Of a DNA stretch of 64,000 nucleotides, positions 18,870 through 29,343 are shown piece after piece. Position numbers and translations under genes: made by a program. Position 1 is the first letter of the stretch, and every line of letters begins with the position of its first letter. Origin of the DNA: an uncultured bacterium (GTDB lineage Bacteria; JACRDZ01). The notes below the pieces were generated by a model that saw nothing but the letters and a program-made list of their open reading frames with translations, made no database searches and was not told the DNA's origin. The stretch is from positions 5,500 to 69,499 of the forward strand of contig CAYWFU010000003.1 in the NCBI GenBank assembly GCA_964457585.1. Direction: 5' to 3'.

Positions 18870-19907
18870 TTAATTACTTAAGCAATTCCTGATAAATTCA
18901 GCACGTAATATATTTTCATTTTTATAATCAAATCCCTTTATAGAATTAAGATGCCCTGGCTGGATTGCCCATAAAAGTTTATTAATCTGTTCAAAATTTA
19001 ATTTTGGAATAATATTCAATAATATACCAAGACGCAAAGTAGAAAGTAAATTAATTGCTTCTGTAACAGCAATGTCTCTTGTGGTTTTTAATATACCATA
19101 TGAACGCCAAACATTATCAATAAATTTTGAATTCATCTTAAGATTCGCACGTGTATTTGTTTCCTCTCCGATTAATTTCATTGTAATTTCTTCAATATTA
19201 GAGATTATCTCTTTTTCATTAAAACCATAAGATAATTTATTTGAAATCTGAAAAAAATCGCCGCATGGTTCACTGCCTTCTCCATAAATACCTCGTATTG
19301 TAAATCCCAGTTTACTAATTGAATTAAAAATGTCCTTAAGTTTATTTTCAAAAGATAATGAACCAAGATGTATCATAACAGATGCGCGCATCCCGGTTCC
19401 TATATTTGTCATGCAACTGGTTAAATAACCATATTCTTTGGAAAAAGCATATTCAATATTTTTATCGAAAATATTATCTATTTTATTAATTATCTGCCAT
19501 GCTTTTCTTAATGAATAACCGGATTTTATTATCTGCAATCTAATATGATCTTCTTCATTTACCATTATACTTACAGAACATTTATTATCAAATAATACAG
19601 CTCTTCCTTCACATTTTTCAACCTGCATAGGACTTATTATATATTTTTCCATTAGAAATAATTTATCATTAATATCGATGGAATCAAGTTCTAAAAAATA
19701 AAAATTTTTTAAAAAATCAGATTTTGAATATATTTTTTTAATTTTTTCAAGTACATTATATAATTCTTGTTTATTTGCACGGTGCGGGAAAATATTTTCC
19801 TTAATATTTCTTGCAAGTCTTATTCTCGATGAAATAACTATATCAGAGAATTGTCCGGTTTCTCCCAGCCATGGGACATCAATTTCAATTGTTTTATGCT
19901 GATTCAT
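18870..19907 (-). CDS. mcsB: Protein-arginine kinase McsB (ATP:guanido phosphotransferase family)
   Basis: Phosphagen-kinase-like core (…CMTNIGTGMRASV…). Sits immediately between mcsA and clpC as in the canonical operon. Start at the internal Met MNQHK with an upstream AAAGG. Confidence 0.85.
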   Translation of the reverse strand: MNQHKTIEIDVPWLGETGQFSDIVISSRIRLARNIKENIFPHRANKQELYNVLEKIKKIYSKSDFLKNFYFLELDSIDINDKLFLMEKYIISPMQVEKCEGRAVLFDNKCSVSIMVNEEDHIRLQIIKSGYSLRKAWQIINKIDNIFDKNIEYAFSKEYGYLTSCMTNIGTGMRASVMIHLGSLSFENKLKDIFNSISKLGFTIRGIYGEGSEPCGDFFQISNKLSYGFNEKEIISNIEEITMKLIGEETNTRANLKMNSKFIDNVWRSYGILKTTRDIAVTEAINLLSTLRLGILLNIIPKLNFEQINKLLWAIQPGHLNSIKGFDYKNENILRAEFIRNCLSN

Positions 19908-19940
19908 GTAACTGCCTTTCATAACAAAAGTGTCAGAGAG

Positions 19941-20438
19941 TCAAAGTATTAAATTTTTAATATTCGAAATCATATCCCTGATTTTTGCTGCTTCTTCATA
20001 ATTTTCACGGACAATTGCTTTTCTAAGATTTAATTTTAAATGAGATAATGTATTTGCATTTTTAACTTCTTTTTTAAATCTTGATGGAATTTTTCCTGTA
20101 TGTTCAGAATATCCGTGTATCTTTTCTTTTATTATTTTTATATAATCATTAAAAAAATCGTAACATTCGATACAGCCAGTTTTTTTATCATTTTGAAAAT
20201 CTTTATAAGTTGTTCCGCATAGTTTGCATTTTAAGTCTAAATTTACAACTGGCTGCATACTAAAATCAATCAAACCGGAAAGTATATCCATAATAGAAAT
20301 TTTTATTTGTGGTGAAATGTCTGTAATTCCTTTTTTTTCAGCACAATCCTGACAAATATAGAATTCCTGTACATTATTATTAATGTTTTCTATGTAATGA
20401 ATAGTAGCATCCCCTGTTTTGCAAATATGGCAATGCAT
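19941..20438 (-). CDS. mcsA: McsA-like activator of protein-arginine kinase (zinc-finger plus UVR domain)
   Basis: Pairs of CxxC motifs (CHIC…CQDC; CKLC…CIEC) and a C-terminal UVR motif (EEAAKIRDMISNIK). Position upstream of mcsB. Confidence 0.75.
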   Translation of the reverse strand: MHCHICKTGDATIHYIENINNNVQEFYICQDCAEKKGITDISPQIKISIMDILSGLIDFSMQPVVNLDLKCKLCGTTYKDFQNDKKTGCIECYDFFNDYIKIIKEKIHGYSEHTGKIPSRFKKEVKNANTLSHLKLNLRKAIVRENYEEAAKIRDMISNIKNLIL

Positions 20439-20447
20439 ATTATCTCC

Positions 20448-20638
20448 TTAATTAAATAGCTGTCAGCTATCAGCATTCAGCTTTCAGTTAAAAATACAAT
20501 TTCATATACCCAATATTAATTATCGCTCTTTTTTATCTTGAGTTTAATAAAAAATTATTAAGCGTTCAGTTATCAGGGATTATCTATCAGTTTATTGCTT
20601 TTTTTTAGCTGAATGCTGAAAGCTGATAGCTGAACGCT
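20448..20638. repeat. MITE/REP-like palindromic element built from NNTTCAG heptamers (arms AGCTGTCAGCTATCAGCATTCAGCTTTCAG / CTGAATGCTGAAAGCTGATAGCTGAACGCT)
   Basis: Arms at 20448-20477 and 20607-20638 are near reverse complements. There is an additional internal arm AGCGTTCAGTTATCAG at 20561-20576. Lies between mcsA and ilvE. Confidence 0.6.
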
Positions 20639-20653
20639 TGCTTAAATCATTAA

Positions 20654-21568
20654 TTAAACATATGACAGCCAATTTTCATATTTTTTATTTCTACCATGAA
20701 CAATATCAAAAAATTTTGCCTGAAGATTTTTTGTTATTAATCCGGGTTTGCCTTCTCCAACTGTTCTATGATCGATAGCTCTAATTGGAGTAATTTCCGC
20801 TGCTGTCCCGCACATGAAAACCTCATCGGCAATATACATATCATCTCTGGTAAAAGGTTCTTCTTTAACGCAATATCCTTCATCTCGCGCTATTGTTAAT
20901 ACTGTATCCCGGGTAATTCCTATTAAAATCGAAGTAGGCGGAGGTGTTTTGATTATACCATTTCTAACCATAAAAATATTTTCTCCTGACCCTTCAGATA
21001 CATATCCCTGATTATCAAGTAGAATTGCTTCATCATATCCGTCTTCAAGCGCTTCTCTTTTTGCAAGAATAGAATTAACATAATGTCCGCATACTTTAGC
21101 TCTTGCCATACTGCTGTTTACATGATGTCTGGTAAAAGAAGAGATTTTTACTGAAATTCCATTATTGATACCTTCTTCACCAAGGTATTTCCCCCATTTC
21201 CATACTATAATAGCTGCATTAACAGGGCTATTAATTGGGTTCAATCCCATTACTCCATAACCCAAATAAATCATAGGTCTTATATAGCATTCATCCATTT
21301 TGTTTATGCGAATAAGTTCCTTTGCAGCTTCTATTAAATCATTAACAGCATAAGGTATCTTTATCCGCACTATATGAGAAGAATCAAAGAGTCTTTTGAG
21401 ATGTTCATCTAATCTGAATACAGCAGGACCTCGATCAGTTTTATAACATCTTATACCTTCAAAAACTCCTAATCCATAATGTAATGTGTGGGTTAAAATA
21501 TGCACATTGGCATCCTGCCAATTAACCAGCTTGCCATCCATCCAAATTTTACTTACAGGTTCTAACAT
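20654..21568 (-). CDS. ilvE: Branched-chain amino acid aminotransferase
   Basis: Class IV PLP-dependent aminotransferase pattern, with the PLP-binding Lys in …[17 protein letters not shown]… context. Length 304 aa. Confidence 0.9.
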   Translation of the reverse strand: MLEPVSKIWMDGKLVNWQDANVHILTHTLHYGLGVFEGIRCYKTDRGPAVFRLDEHLKRLFDSSHIVRIKIPYAVNDLIEAAKELIRINKMDECYIRPMIYLGYGVMGLNPINSPVNAAIIVWKWGKYLGEEGINNGISVKISSFTRHHVNSSMARAKVCGHYVNSILAKREALEDGYDEAILLDNQGYVSEGSGENIFMVRNGIIKTPPPTSILIGITRDTVLTIARDEGYCVKEEPFTRDDMYIADEVFMCGTAAEITPIRAIDHRTVGEGKPGLITKNLQAKFFDIVHGRNKKYENWLSYV

Positions 21569-21661
21569 AAAAAATTGCCTCCTTAATTTTGAGTAAAAGT
21601 ATATAACATTATACTAATTTTTTAATATTAAATCCAGTTTTTTTGCTTTATTAAAAAAATT

Positions 21662-21762
21662 AGGCACAAAGGCACAAAGTAGCAAAGGCACAAAGTTTAA
21701 AAGAAAACCAAAAACTCTATGCTTTGGGATTATTTTTACTTTGTGCCTTTGTTACTTTGTAA
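21662..21762. repeat. Imperfect long palindrome built from GGCACAAAG 9-mers; probable bidirectional terminator / structured element
   Basis: aggcacaaaggcacaaagtagcaaaggcacaaagt … actttgtgcctttgttactttgt. Sits between the lolD stop and the ilvE start. Confidence 0.45.
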
Positions 21763-21763
21763 C

Positions 21764-22441
21764 TTACTTTTCAATTTTCCCATCCAAAATTCTTATTATT
21801 CTATCAGTATTTTTGGCTAATGTTTCATTATGAGTTACAATAATAACTGTCTGCTTTTTTTGTCTTGCAAGATTAATTAATAATTCCTGAACTTTTTCGC
21901 TGTTTTCTCTGTCAAGATTTCCTGTTGGTTCATCTGCCAGAATAAATCTGGGTATTGTAACCATAGCTCTTGCAATAGCAACACGCTGTTGCTCTCCGCC
22001 TGAAAGCTCATTGGGTCTATGGCCCATTCTTGATTCCAATCCCAATTCTTTAAGAATTGAACTTGCTTTATCACGGGCGGTATCAAAATTTTCATGTCTG
22101 ATCAATAAAGGAATAGTCACGTTTTCAAGAGCAGTAAACTCAGGCAGTAAATAATGGAATTGAAAAATAAATCCAATATATTGATTTCTGAAATTAGATA
22201 ATTTTTTCCCGTTTTGGATATATATATTATTCTTTTCATATTTTACTTCACCTGAAGTTGGTTTGCTTAAACCTCCAATCATATGCAGAAGTGTGCTTTT
22301 CCCTGCGCCAGATGGACCAATAACGCCAATTATTTCAAATTCTTTTATTGTTAAATCAATACCTTTAATAATTTCAAGTTGATTTTCGCCGTCTTTAAAA
22401 CTTTTTTTAATATCAAATAATTCGATTAAGTTATTATTCAT
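21764..22441 (-). CDS. lolD: Lipoprotein-releasing system ATP-binding protein LolD (ABC ATPase)
   Basis: Walker [13 protein letters not shown] signature [14 protein letters not shown]. Walker [12 protein letters not shown]. Start at the internal Met MNNNLIELF, with an 8-nt overlap of the lolE stop. Confidence 0.8.
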   Translation of the reverse strand: MNNNLIELFDIKKSFKDGENQLEIIKGIDLTIKEFEIIGVIGPSGAGKSTLLHMIGGLSKPTSGEVKYEKNNIYIQNGKKLSNFRNQYIGFIFQFHYLLPEFTALENVTIPLLIRHENFDTARDKASSILKELGLESRMGHRPNELSGGEQQRVAIARAMVTIPRFILADEPTGNLDRENSEKVQELLINLARQKKQTVIIVTHNETLAKNTDRIIRILDGKIEK

Positions 22442-23648
22442 TGCGTAATGCCTCAACAGGATCAAGTCTGGATGCCTGTAATGCCGGATAAAGTGCTGCA
22501 AAGGAACTTATAATAATTGCGGCTATGCCAACTAACAAAATATCCTCAGCGCGCATTTCTATAGGCAATGTATCAATATAATATACATCGCCGGGAAGTT
22601 TAATAAATTGATATTTTTCTAATGACCATGAAAGCAATATACCGCCAACAGTACCTGAAATTGTACCAATAATGCCAATGATAAAGCCTTCTAAAAGAAA
22701 TATTTTGGCAATGCTTTTCTGTGTTGCGCCCAATGATTTTAATATCCCAATATCCTTTGTTTTTTCCATAACGACCATAATTAAAGTACTGGCAATATTA
22801 AAAGCTGATACCAGGACAATAAAGGTGAGAATAATAGATAATGTTATTTTTTCTAATTTTAAAGCGGAAAACAGATTCCTATTCATCTCCATCCAGCTTC
22901 TGGTCCAGAAAGGATATCTTAGTTTTTGCTGCGCAAGAACAGCTATTTTTTCTGCTGCAAAAATATCATCCAGCTTCACTTCTATTCCTGAAACACCTTT
23001 TCCCAATCCATATAATTTTTGCGCTGTTTGAAGAGAAATATAAACTAGAGAGGTATCATATTCATACATACCTGTCTGGAAAATCCCGACTATTTTAAAT
23101 TCTGTAGAACGAGGCATATATCCCATTGGAGTTTGTACTACTTTGGAGATAACAAGGATTTTATCACCAATACGTACTCCTAGTTTATAAGCTAACTCTA
23201 TTCCAATAATAATACCTTCTTCGCCGGGATTAAGCTCACCTTCAACCATATTTTTTTTTATTTCTGTTACTGAAGATTCCTGTATCGGATCTATTCCTCT
23301 AATAACCACACCTTCCATGTTACCGCCTGGGGACTGAAGCATAGCCTGCGCAAATACAAAAGGTGTAGTAGCAACAACATGAGGTAATTGAGAAATGCGT
23401 GACATGATTTTTTTGTATTCGTTGAACCCTTCATCTCCCTGTTTTGTTACTGTAATATGTGCCATAGTACCAAGAATTTTATTGCGTAGATCTTTTTCAA
23501 ATCCATTCATTACTGCCAGCACAGTAATAAGAACCATAACACCTAATGCAACACCGCCAATAGAAATAAAAGTAATCAGAGAGATAAAAGCACGTTTTTG
23601 TTTGGCTTTAATATATCGTAATCCAACAAACCATTCAAATGAAGGCAT
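22434..23648 (-). CDS. Lipoprotein-releasing system permease LolC/LolE (FtsX-like)
   Basis: N-terminal TM. Large periplasmic domain. C-terminal 3-TM FtsX domain. Immediately upstream of lolD. Confidence 0.8.
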   Translation of the reverse strand: MPSFEWFVGLRYIKAKQKRAFISLITFISIGGVALGVMVLITVLAVMNGFEKDLRNKILGTMAHITVTKQGDEGFNEYKKIMSRISQLPHVVATTPFVFAQAMLQSPGGNMEGVVIRGIDPIQESSVTEIKKNMVEGELNPGEEGIIIGIELAYKLGVRIGDKILVISKVVQTPMGYMPRSTEFKIVGIFQTGMYEYDTSLVYISLQTAQKLYGLGKGVSGIEVKLDDIFAAEKIAVLAQQKLRYPFWTRSWMEMNRNLFSALKLEKITLSIILTFIVLVSAFNIASTLIMVVMEKTKDIGILKSLGATQKSIAKIFLLEGFIIGIIGTISGTVGGILLSWSLEKYQFIKLPGDVYYIDTLPIEMRAEDILLVGIAAIIISSFAALYPALQASRLDPVEALRNE

Positions 23649-23657
23649 TGAAGTTCC

Positions 23658-25124
23658 TTACCTGCCAGTTTCCGGCCTCATATGCGGAAAGAAAATTACG
23701 TCTCGTATTGAACTGGAATTAGTTAACAGCATTACCAATCTGTCAATTCCAATGCCAAGCCCTGCTGTTGGCGGCATTCCATATTCTAAAGCGCGGACAA
23801 AATCTTCATCCATCATCTGAGCTTCCTGATTTCCAGCTTTGCGTTCTTCCATCTGTTTTTCAAACCGTTTTTTCTGCTCCACCGGGTCATTTAATTCAGA
23901 ATATGCATTAGCCAATTCCATTGCACCTATAAATAATTCAAAACGTTCTGCAACTTCCGGATTGGATTTTTTTGTTTTAGTTAATGGGCAAAGTTCAACA
24001 GGGTAATCAATTATGAAAGTCGGTTGAATTAAATTTTTTTCAACCAGTTCTTCGAAAATTATATTTTTAATATAAACTTCTCTTTTTTCAATACCAATTT
24101 TTTCTTTAACTTTATTAATTAAATTCGTACTTAAAGGTTCTTCCCCTGTATATTTTTTAATTGCTTCATCTATACTTAATCTTGGCCATGGCGGGGTAAA
24201 ATCAATAGTATGTTCTTGATATTCAAATATCAGTTTTCCAAAAATATTTTTTGCAACAGTTGAAATTAAATTTTCAGTTAAAGTCATTAATTCAGTATAA
24301 TCCGCATAAGCTTGATATAATTCCATCATTGTAAATTCAGGATTATGACGGATTGAAAGCCCTTCATTCCGAAAATTACGATTTATTTCATAAACTCTTT
24401 CCATTCCTCCGACAACCAGCCGTTTAAGATATAATTCCGGTGCAATACGCAAAAAAAGATCAATATCAAGCGCGTTATGATGAGTAGCAAATGGTTTTGC
24501 TGCTGCTCCACCCGGGATAGGCTGCATCATTGGAGTTTCAACTTCCAGAAAATTTTTTTCTTCAAGAAATTTTCTTATTGAAGATATTATTTTACTGCGG
24601 GTAATAAAAACCTGTTTTACATCCGGATTTACAATCAAGTCCACATATCTCTGCCTGTATCGGATTTCTTTATCTTTTAATCCATGCCATTTTTCCGGAA
24701 GCGGATGTAGAGATTTTGTCAGCAGAGTAAAAGTATTTGCAAATATTGTAATTTCACCTGTTCTTGTTTTAAAAACAGTACCGGTAGTTCCAATGAAATC
24801 TCCAATATCGACAGTGGAATCAAATATCTCAAAGTTTTTTTTTCCTAACTTATCCTGTTTAAAATAAACCTGTACTTTTCCTGTAGCATCAAAAATATTA
24901 GCAAATACACTTTTCCCGTGTTTGCGTAAAGCAGTAATTCGTCCTGCAGTAGAAATTTCAATTTTACTTTCCTCCCCTTCGTTAAGGGAAGAAAAGGTAT
25001 TTAAAATATCGATTGCTTTATGAGAAATATCATATCTATTTATATAGGGATTAATATTATTATTTTTTAATATAGTTAATTTTTGTATTCTTTGCTGTAT
25101 TAAATCATTAATATCGTCTAACAT
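23658..25124 (-). CDS. lysS: Lysine--tRNA ligase (class II)
   Basis: N-terminal OB anticodon-binding domain. Class II motifs (…FRNEG…; …GGAAAKPF…; C-terminal GLGIGIDRL). Confidence 0.9.
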   Translation of the reverse strand: MLDDINDLIQQRIQKLTILKNNNINPYINRYDISHKAIDILNTFSSLNEGEESKIEISTAGRITALRKHGKSVFANIFDATGKVQVYFKQDKLGKKNFEIFDSTVDIGDFIGTTGTVFKTRTGEITIFANTFTLLTKSLHPLPEKWHGLKDKEIRYRQRYVDLIVNPDVKQVFITRSKIISSIRKFLEEKNFLEVETPMMQPIPGGAAAKPFATHHNALDIDLFLRIAPELYLKRLVVGGMERVYEINRNFRNEGLSIRHNPEFTMMELYQAYADYTELMTLTENLISTVAKNIFGKLIFEYQEHTIDFTPPWPRLSIDEAIKKYTGEEPLSTNLINKVKEKIGIEKREVYIKNIIFEELVEKNLIQPTFIIDYPVELCPLTKTKKSNPEVAERFELFIGAMELANAYSELNDPVEQKKRFEKQMEERKAGNQEAQMMDEDFVRALEYGMPPTAGLGIGIDRLVMLLTNSSSIRDVIFFPHMRPETGR

Positions 25125-25231
25125 AAATAAATCCTTTTTTTTAATTATTAAACTAATAGCTGAACGCTTATCAACAATTGTTGTTTGCCAATTATATTAT
25201 TTAAATGAACTTTGTCAAGGAAATATATTTT

Positions 25232-28200
25232 TTAAATATCCCTAGGCAAACATAACAAAAATATTTCCCATTTTTCATCTTCTTTTAATTTTTCCGGACC
25301 AAATTGCTTATAATTAAGTCGGGATACATTTTTTGTATCAGTAACATTTATTCCTAAAAGCGCTTTTACTGGTTTATTTGATTTGTGATTTTTTATAAGA
25401 ATGGTATACATGCCAGTATCAGCCTGCTGTAAAAAAACAACTTCCTGACTGATTAACTTATTATTGCTATACAGGTTTAGCTTAACAGAAAAAGTATCTG
25501 TTTTTAATTTGTATATAAAATCAGCTTTTTTTTCAGAAAGTACCATCCTGGTGGTTTTTGTCATATCATAAGCAATACGTGATCTGGATTTGCGTGAAAT
25601 GAATTTTCCACCCGGATTTCTCAATGCCAGATCAACAATTGCATCAGAGACATCCCAATTTAAATCAATTACAATATCATATATTTTTAATCCGATTGTT
25701 CTTATGGTTACAGGTTCACTAATACCAAGCTCACCCTTGCTGTTCTTAACTTCCACAACATAGCTATTTATTTTATCAACAGGTACTATTTTTTGTGAAA
25801 AGTATCCATTGGTAACTTTTGTATCCATTGTTATGTGATTACCTGTAATTCTAGCATCAGTAATATTCGGATCGCTGACAGTACCGCAGATTTCAACTGA
25901 TGGGTTATCCAATAAGTTTATTATTTCTCCATCTGCCGGAGATGTTATTGTTACTTTTGGACCTACATATTGATTTTTTGGAAAATTTACTTCTATTTTA
26001 TCAGAGAAAGTATTTCCATATAAATCATTTCCGGTAACTTCTATAATATTATCCCCTTCATTTAACTTTGTATCATGTTTAAAATAACCTTTATCCACAG
26101 GAACAGTATATTTAATTTTATTAACTGCAATTGTTACATTTTTTATATTAGGATCATTAACTACTCCTGTAATTGTTTGAACAGCATTTTCAACTGTAGC
26201 AACTGATGGTGTAACAATACTTATCCCCGGTGTTGTATCAATATTAACAGTTCTATTACAGGTCAAAGAAGATATTAAATATTCATTATTAATTAAATAA
26301 CCTGTTATATTTGCATTAACAGCATTATCCCCTTTTACTACTCGATATGTACCGCGGTATACTCCGGAAGAAACTTCATTCATAATGATTTTTGTTTTAA
26401 ATGACCCAATATCAAAAGTTGCTACGTTTTTCGGATCTCCTTCCATTGTAATTTCAATTTCCTCACCTTCACCAAGAGTATGTGTGGCATTATGATTTAC
26501 AATAAGGATATTTGGCATTTTGCTGATTTTTTTGTAAGCTTCTTTTTCTGGTTTAGATGCCATTTTATTGGCACTGTCAGAAATTTTCATCCTATGTCCT
26601 GATTCAAATAATTTTTTGTCACTTCCAATTGATAAACTTTTCTTTTCAGCATTCATCTGTAAATCAATATTATTTTTTTCTGTTAATCTGGTTGTAATTA
26701 ATCTTCCTTTAGGTGGAGTGATTCTATCTGATTTTTCTTCTTCTTGAATTTTTGATAAAATCAGACTTGAATCATTTGTAAATTTTTTAAGTTTTTTTTC
26801 TTTTATTTCTTTCTTTTCTTCAGATTTTTGTTTATTTTCCTTAAGAGTGATTTTTTTCAGATCATCTTTTTTATTTTTTATATCAGAGACAATAGTTTCT
26901 TTTTTTCTTGTTTTATCAAGATCTGGAGAGCTATTTGAATTGGTTTTTTTAGCAGAAGAGGAACCTGCTGCTGTTCTTATGACTGACCCACCTTTACTCA
27001 CCATTGTCAAAGGTGTTGCTTTTTTTGATACAGCCACTAGATTACGGTCAATCATTCTTTTAATTTTTGGAATTTTATTAATATCTATATTATCTGTTTC
27101 TATTTTTTTATCTTTAATTTTAATATTTTCATCAACTGATTTTGTCTTTTCAGTTATTTTTTCCTGTGAAAAAAGTTTATCAGAATCTTTTTCGATTTTT
27201 ATCGGGGCATTAACTAACTTATCAAGTTCTTCTTTGTCACCTTCTTCTAAAACCGGATGAGTATTTTCATTTGATGCAATTTTAATATTATCTATTTCTT
27301 TTAATTTTTCTTTTAGCATTAAATATTTTTTTATTAATTCTTTATCTAAAGTATCATTAATGGTTTCAGTCTCTTTTTTTTTCTGCGTTTGAATTTTTGA
27401 TATTGTTTGGATTGAGGATGTTTTAATTTGTTTTCCTTTTGTTTTTATTAAATCAGGATTATTGTAATTTTTTTGTTTTAAATTAGTATCTTCATTAATA
27501 TTTTTTAATATTTTATTATATTTTTTTATTTTATTGACAGGAAGTTCCATTATTTCATTTTCTGCCAGAATTTTATTTTTTGAGAAACGTTTTTCACTAA
27601 ATGAAGATGCCAGGCTTTGTTTTTTTTCGCCGGATTTAGAATATTTTTTATTTGAATCTTTTTCTTTATCAGAAAGCTGTATTTGTGATTGTTCAAGGTT
27701 GGAAATATTTTCAATCCTGCCGGTGAATTCTTTTTCTAATATACCTTCACGTAAACCTTTGTTAAATACAGCAACATTACTGACTTTTTGAATTTTTTTT
27801 TCAAGTTCCGGTGTAATTCTGGTTATTTTTTTTTTATCATCTTCATTATTTCTTGCAATATTGATAATATTAGACGGTGTATTAATAGTTTTTACTTCAT
27901 TTTTAGGTTTAAGTTCATTTTTAACCTGCTGTTTATAAGCGTTTTTTTCCTGAAGCAAAACATTTTTTTTCTCATTGGTTTTTACAATTTCAGGAGTTTT
28001 TAAGTTAGTGTTGATATTTTTTATTTTTTCTTCATATATAATATTTTTATCAATAATTCTTTTATATGATTTGGTAAAATTTTTATCTCCTTTTTGCGCA
28101 AAAGATATAGGTTCTTCAGTCACGGATATATCTTTAATTTTATTATCCGTCATACCTTTTAAAGACCCGAGTTTAAATTGGGTTTCTATATTTATTTTTT

Positions 28201-29134
28201 CAATATTCTTTTCAATTTCGGAAGTGATCTCAGGTTTACCCTGTCCCTTCATAGGAATGTCAATATCATTAACTATTTTTTTTATGCTTTTAATTGCATT
28301 TTTTGGTTTATGTTCAAATCGAATATCCTGTCTACCCGGCAGATTTTTTTTAATTGACAATTCTCTTTTATCCGAGACTTCTGACATTTCAGGCATTTTA
28401 ATATTACTGATTTTATTTTCTTTATTTTCATATTTTATTTTTTTATCAATAATTCTCTTATATGGTTTACTTAATTCTTTATCACCTTTTTGGGCTAAAT
28501 TTAAAATATTTTCACCGGGTGATATTTCTTTGATTTTATTTTCAAATACGCTTTTCGATACACCTGTTTTAATTAAAGATTCTTTATCAAGTTTTTGAAC
28601 AATTTTTTCCATTTCAGAGATGATTGCTGCTTTTTCTTTCAGATGACTAACCAATGGTGATTTTTCTGTAATAGAATGCACCCCTCGTTTAACTTCCAGA
28701 AATGGGAATGGTAGCTGGTTATTGTTTTTTATTCCCTGAAAGATTTTTTCCAGGTTATTATCTACTGAATTTTTTTGATTAACTAATTTCTTAAAATCAT
28801 TTTCATCCTTTTTATCCGGCAGAGTTTTTAATGAATTAATTATAGGTTTTAATTTTGATTTAAATTTTGTTTTAATAAGAGGAGACAGCTTCCCTCTTTT
28901 TTCTTTAATTTTAGCATTATCAGTTCCTATTAAATTTATAATATCTATTGCTGTTCTGATATGAATTTGTTGAGTCTGCCGTTTATACACATGCTTTTTT
29001 TCATATGGAATTATGTTAGAGTCATGGGGTACATTATTTAATATAAAAAAGAGTACAATATGAATACATATCGATGAAAGAGCCCGAATAAATTCATTTT
29101 TATATAATATTCGTTTATGATTTTTGTTATTCAA
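25232..29134 (-). CDS. Large (1300 aa) membrane-anchored hypothetical protein with a Lys/Glu-rich low-complexity centre and C-terminal Ig-like beta domains
   Basis: Single N-terminal TM (IHIVLFFILNNV). A long K/E/N-rich region with an internal duplication (…FAQKGDKNFTKSYKRIIDKNIIYEEKIKN… vs …LAQKGDKELSKPYKRIIDKKIKYENKENK…). C-terminal ~450 aa is rich in beta-strand/Ig-like patterning. Confidence 0.45.
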   Translation of the reverse strand: MNNKNHKRILYKNEFIRALSSICIHIVLFFILNNVPHDSNIIPYEKKHVYKRQTQQIHIRTAIDIINLIGTDNAKIKEKRGKLSPLIKTKFKSKLKPIINSLKTLPDKKDENDFKKLVNQKNSVDNNLEKIFQGIKNNNQLPFPFLEVKRGVHSITEKSPLVSHLKEKAAIISEMEKIVQKLDKESLIKTGVSKSVFENKIKEISPGENILNLAQKGDKELSKPYKRIIDKKIKYENKENKISNIKMPEMSEVSDKRELSIKKNLPGRQDIRFEHKPKNAIKSIKKIVNDIDIPMKGQGKPEITSEIEKNIEKINIETQFKLGSLKGMTDNKIKDISVTEEPISFAQKGDKNFTKSYKRIIDKNIIYEEKIKNINTNLKTPEIVKTNEKKNVLLQEKNAYKQQVKNELKPKNEVKTINTPSNIINIARNNEDDKKKITRITPELEKKIQKVSNVAVFNKGLREGILEKEFTGRIENISNLEQSQIQLSDKEKDSNKKYSKSGEKKQSLASSFSEKRFSKNKILAENEIMELPVNKIKKYNKILKNINEDTNLKQKNYNNPDLIKTKGKQIKTSSIQTISKIQTQKKKETETINDTLDKELIKKYLMLKEKLKEIDNIKIASNENTHPVLEEGDKEELDKLVNAPIKIEKDSDKLFSQEKITEKTKSVDENIKIKDKKIETDNIDINKIPKIKRMIDRNLVAVSKKATPLTMVSKGGSVIRTAAGSSSAKKTNSNSSPDLDKTRKKETIVSDIKNKKDDLKKITLKENKQKSEEKKEIKEKKLKKFTNDSSLILSKIQEEEKSDRITPPKGRLITTRLTEKNNIDLQMNAEKKSLSIGSDKKLFESGHRMKISDSANKMASKPEKEAYKKISKMPNILIVNHNATHTLGEGEEIEITMEGDPKNVATFDIGSFKTKIIMNEVSSGVYRGTYRVVKGDNAVNANITGYLINNEYLISSLTCNRTVNIDTTPGISIVTPSVATVENAVQTITGVVNDPNIKNVTIAVNKIKYTVPVDKGYFKHDTKLNEGDNIIEVTGNDLYGNTFSDKIEVNFPKNQYVGPKVTITSPADGEIINLLDNPSVEICGTVSDPNITDARITGNHITMDTKVTNGYFSQKIVPVDKINSYVVEVKNSKGELGISEPVTIRTIGLKIYDIVIDLNWDVSDAIVDLALRNPGGKFISRKSRSRIAYDMTKTTRMVLSEKKADFIYKLKTDTFSVKLNLYSNNKLISQEVVFLQQADTGMYTILIKNHKSNKPVKALLGINVTDTKNVSRLNYKQFGPEKLKEDEKWEIFLLCLPRDI

Positions 29135-29202
29135 TTTAAATTTCCTTTTGCATTACAAACATAAATATAGTTTACCATAAATAATAAAAGTTTCAAAATA
29201 TA

Positions 29203-29343
29203 CTCGGCAAGGTCATAAATTAGCATTTTTTCGGTGAGGATTGGGCATTGAGAGCAAGGCGCGAAGCCTTGCACTATTTCGAACCTGAGCAACGCAGCTA
29301 TCGATGTCCAAGACCAGCGCAAAAATGCTAATTTATGACCTTG
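29203..29343. other. GC-rich structured element: 29-bp inverted repeat (ACTCGGCAAGGTCATAAATTAGCATTTTT / AAAAATGCTAATTTATGACCTTGCCGAGT) flanking ~80 bp with an internal GCAAGGCGCGAAGCCTTGC hairpin
   Basis: Read directly. Conspicuously GC-rich island in AT-rich DNA. Includes a ~42-bp near-copy of the lptD start region (see findings). Confidence 0.45.

Noticed and set aside
27975-28598. 207-aa plus-strand ORF, and several others of 70-137 aa, inside the 1300-aa gene
   Set aside because: Mirror ORFs caused by the K/E/N-rich (A-rich) coding strand giving a stop-poor F/L/I/S-rich antisense frame. Low complexity, no start context.
29131-29322. 63-aa ORF beginning MRWSWTSIAALL
   Set aside because: Its only gene-like feature is the N-terminus, which is a DNA-level copy of the lptD start region. 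The remainder lies in a GC-rich inverted repeat and is better explained as a structured or duplicated element (reported as a finding).
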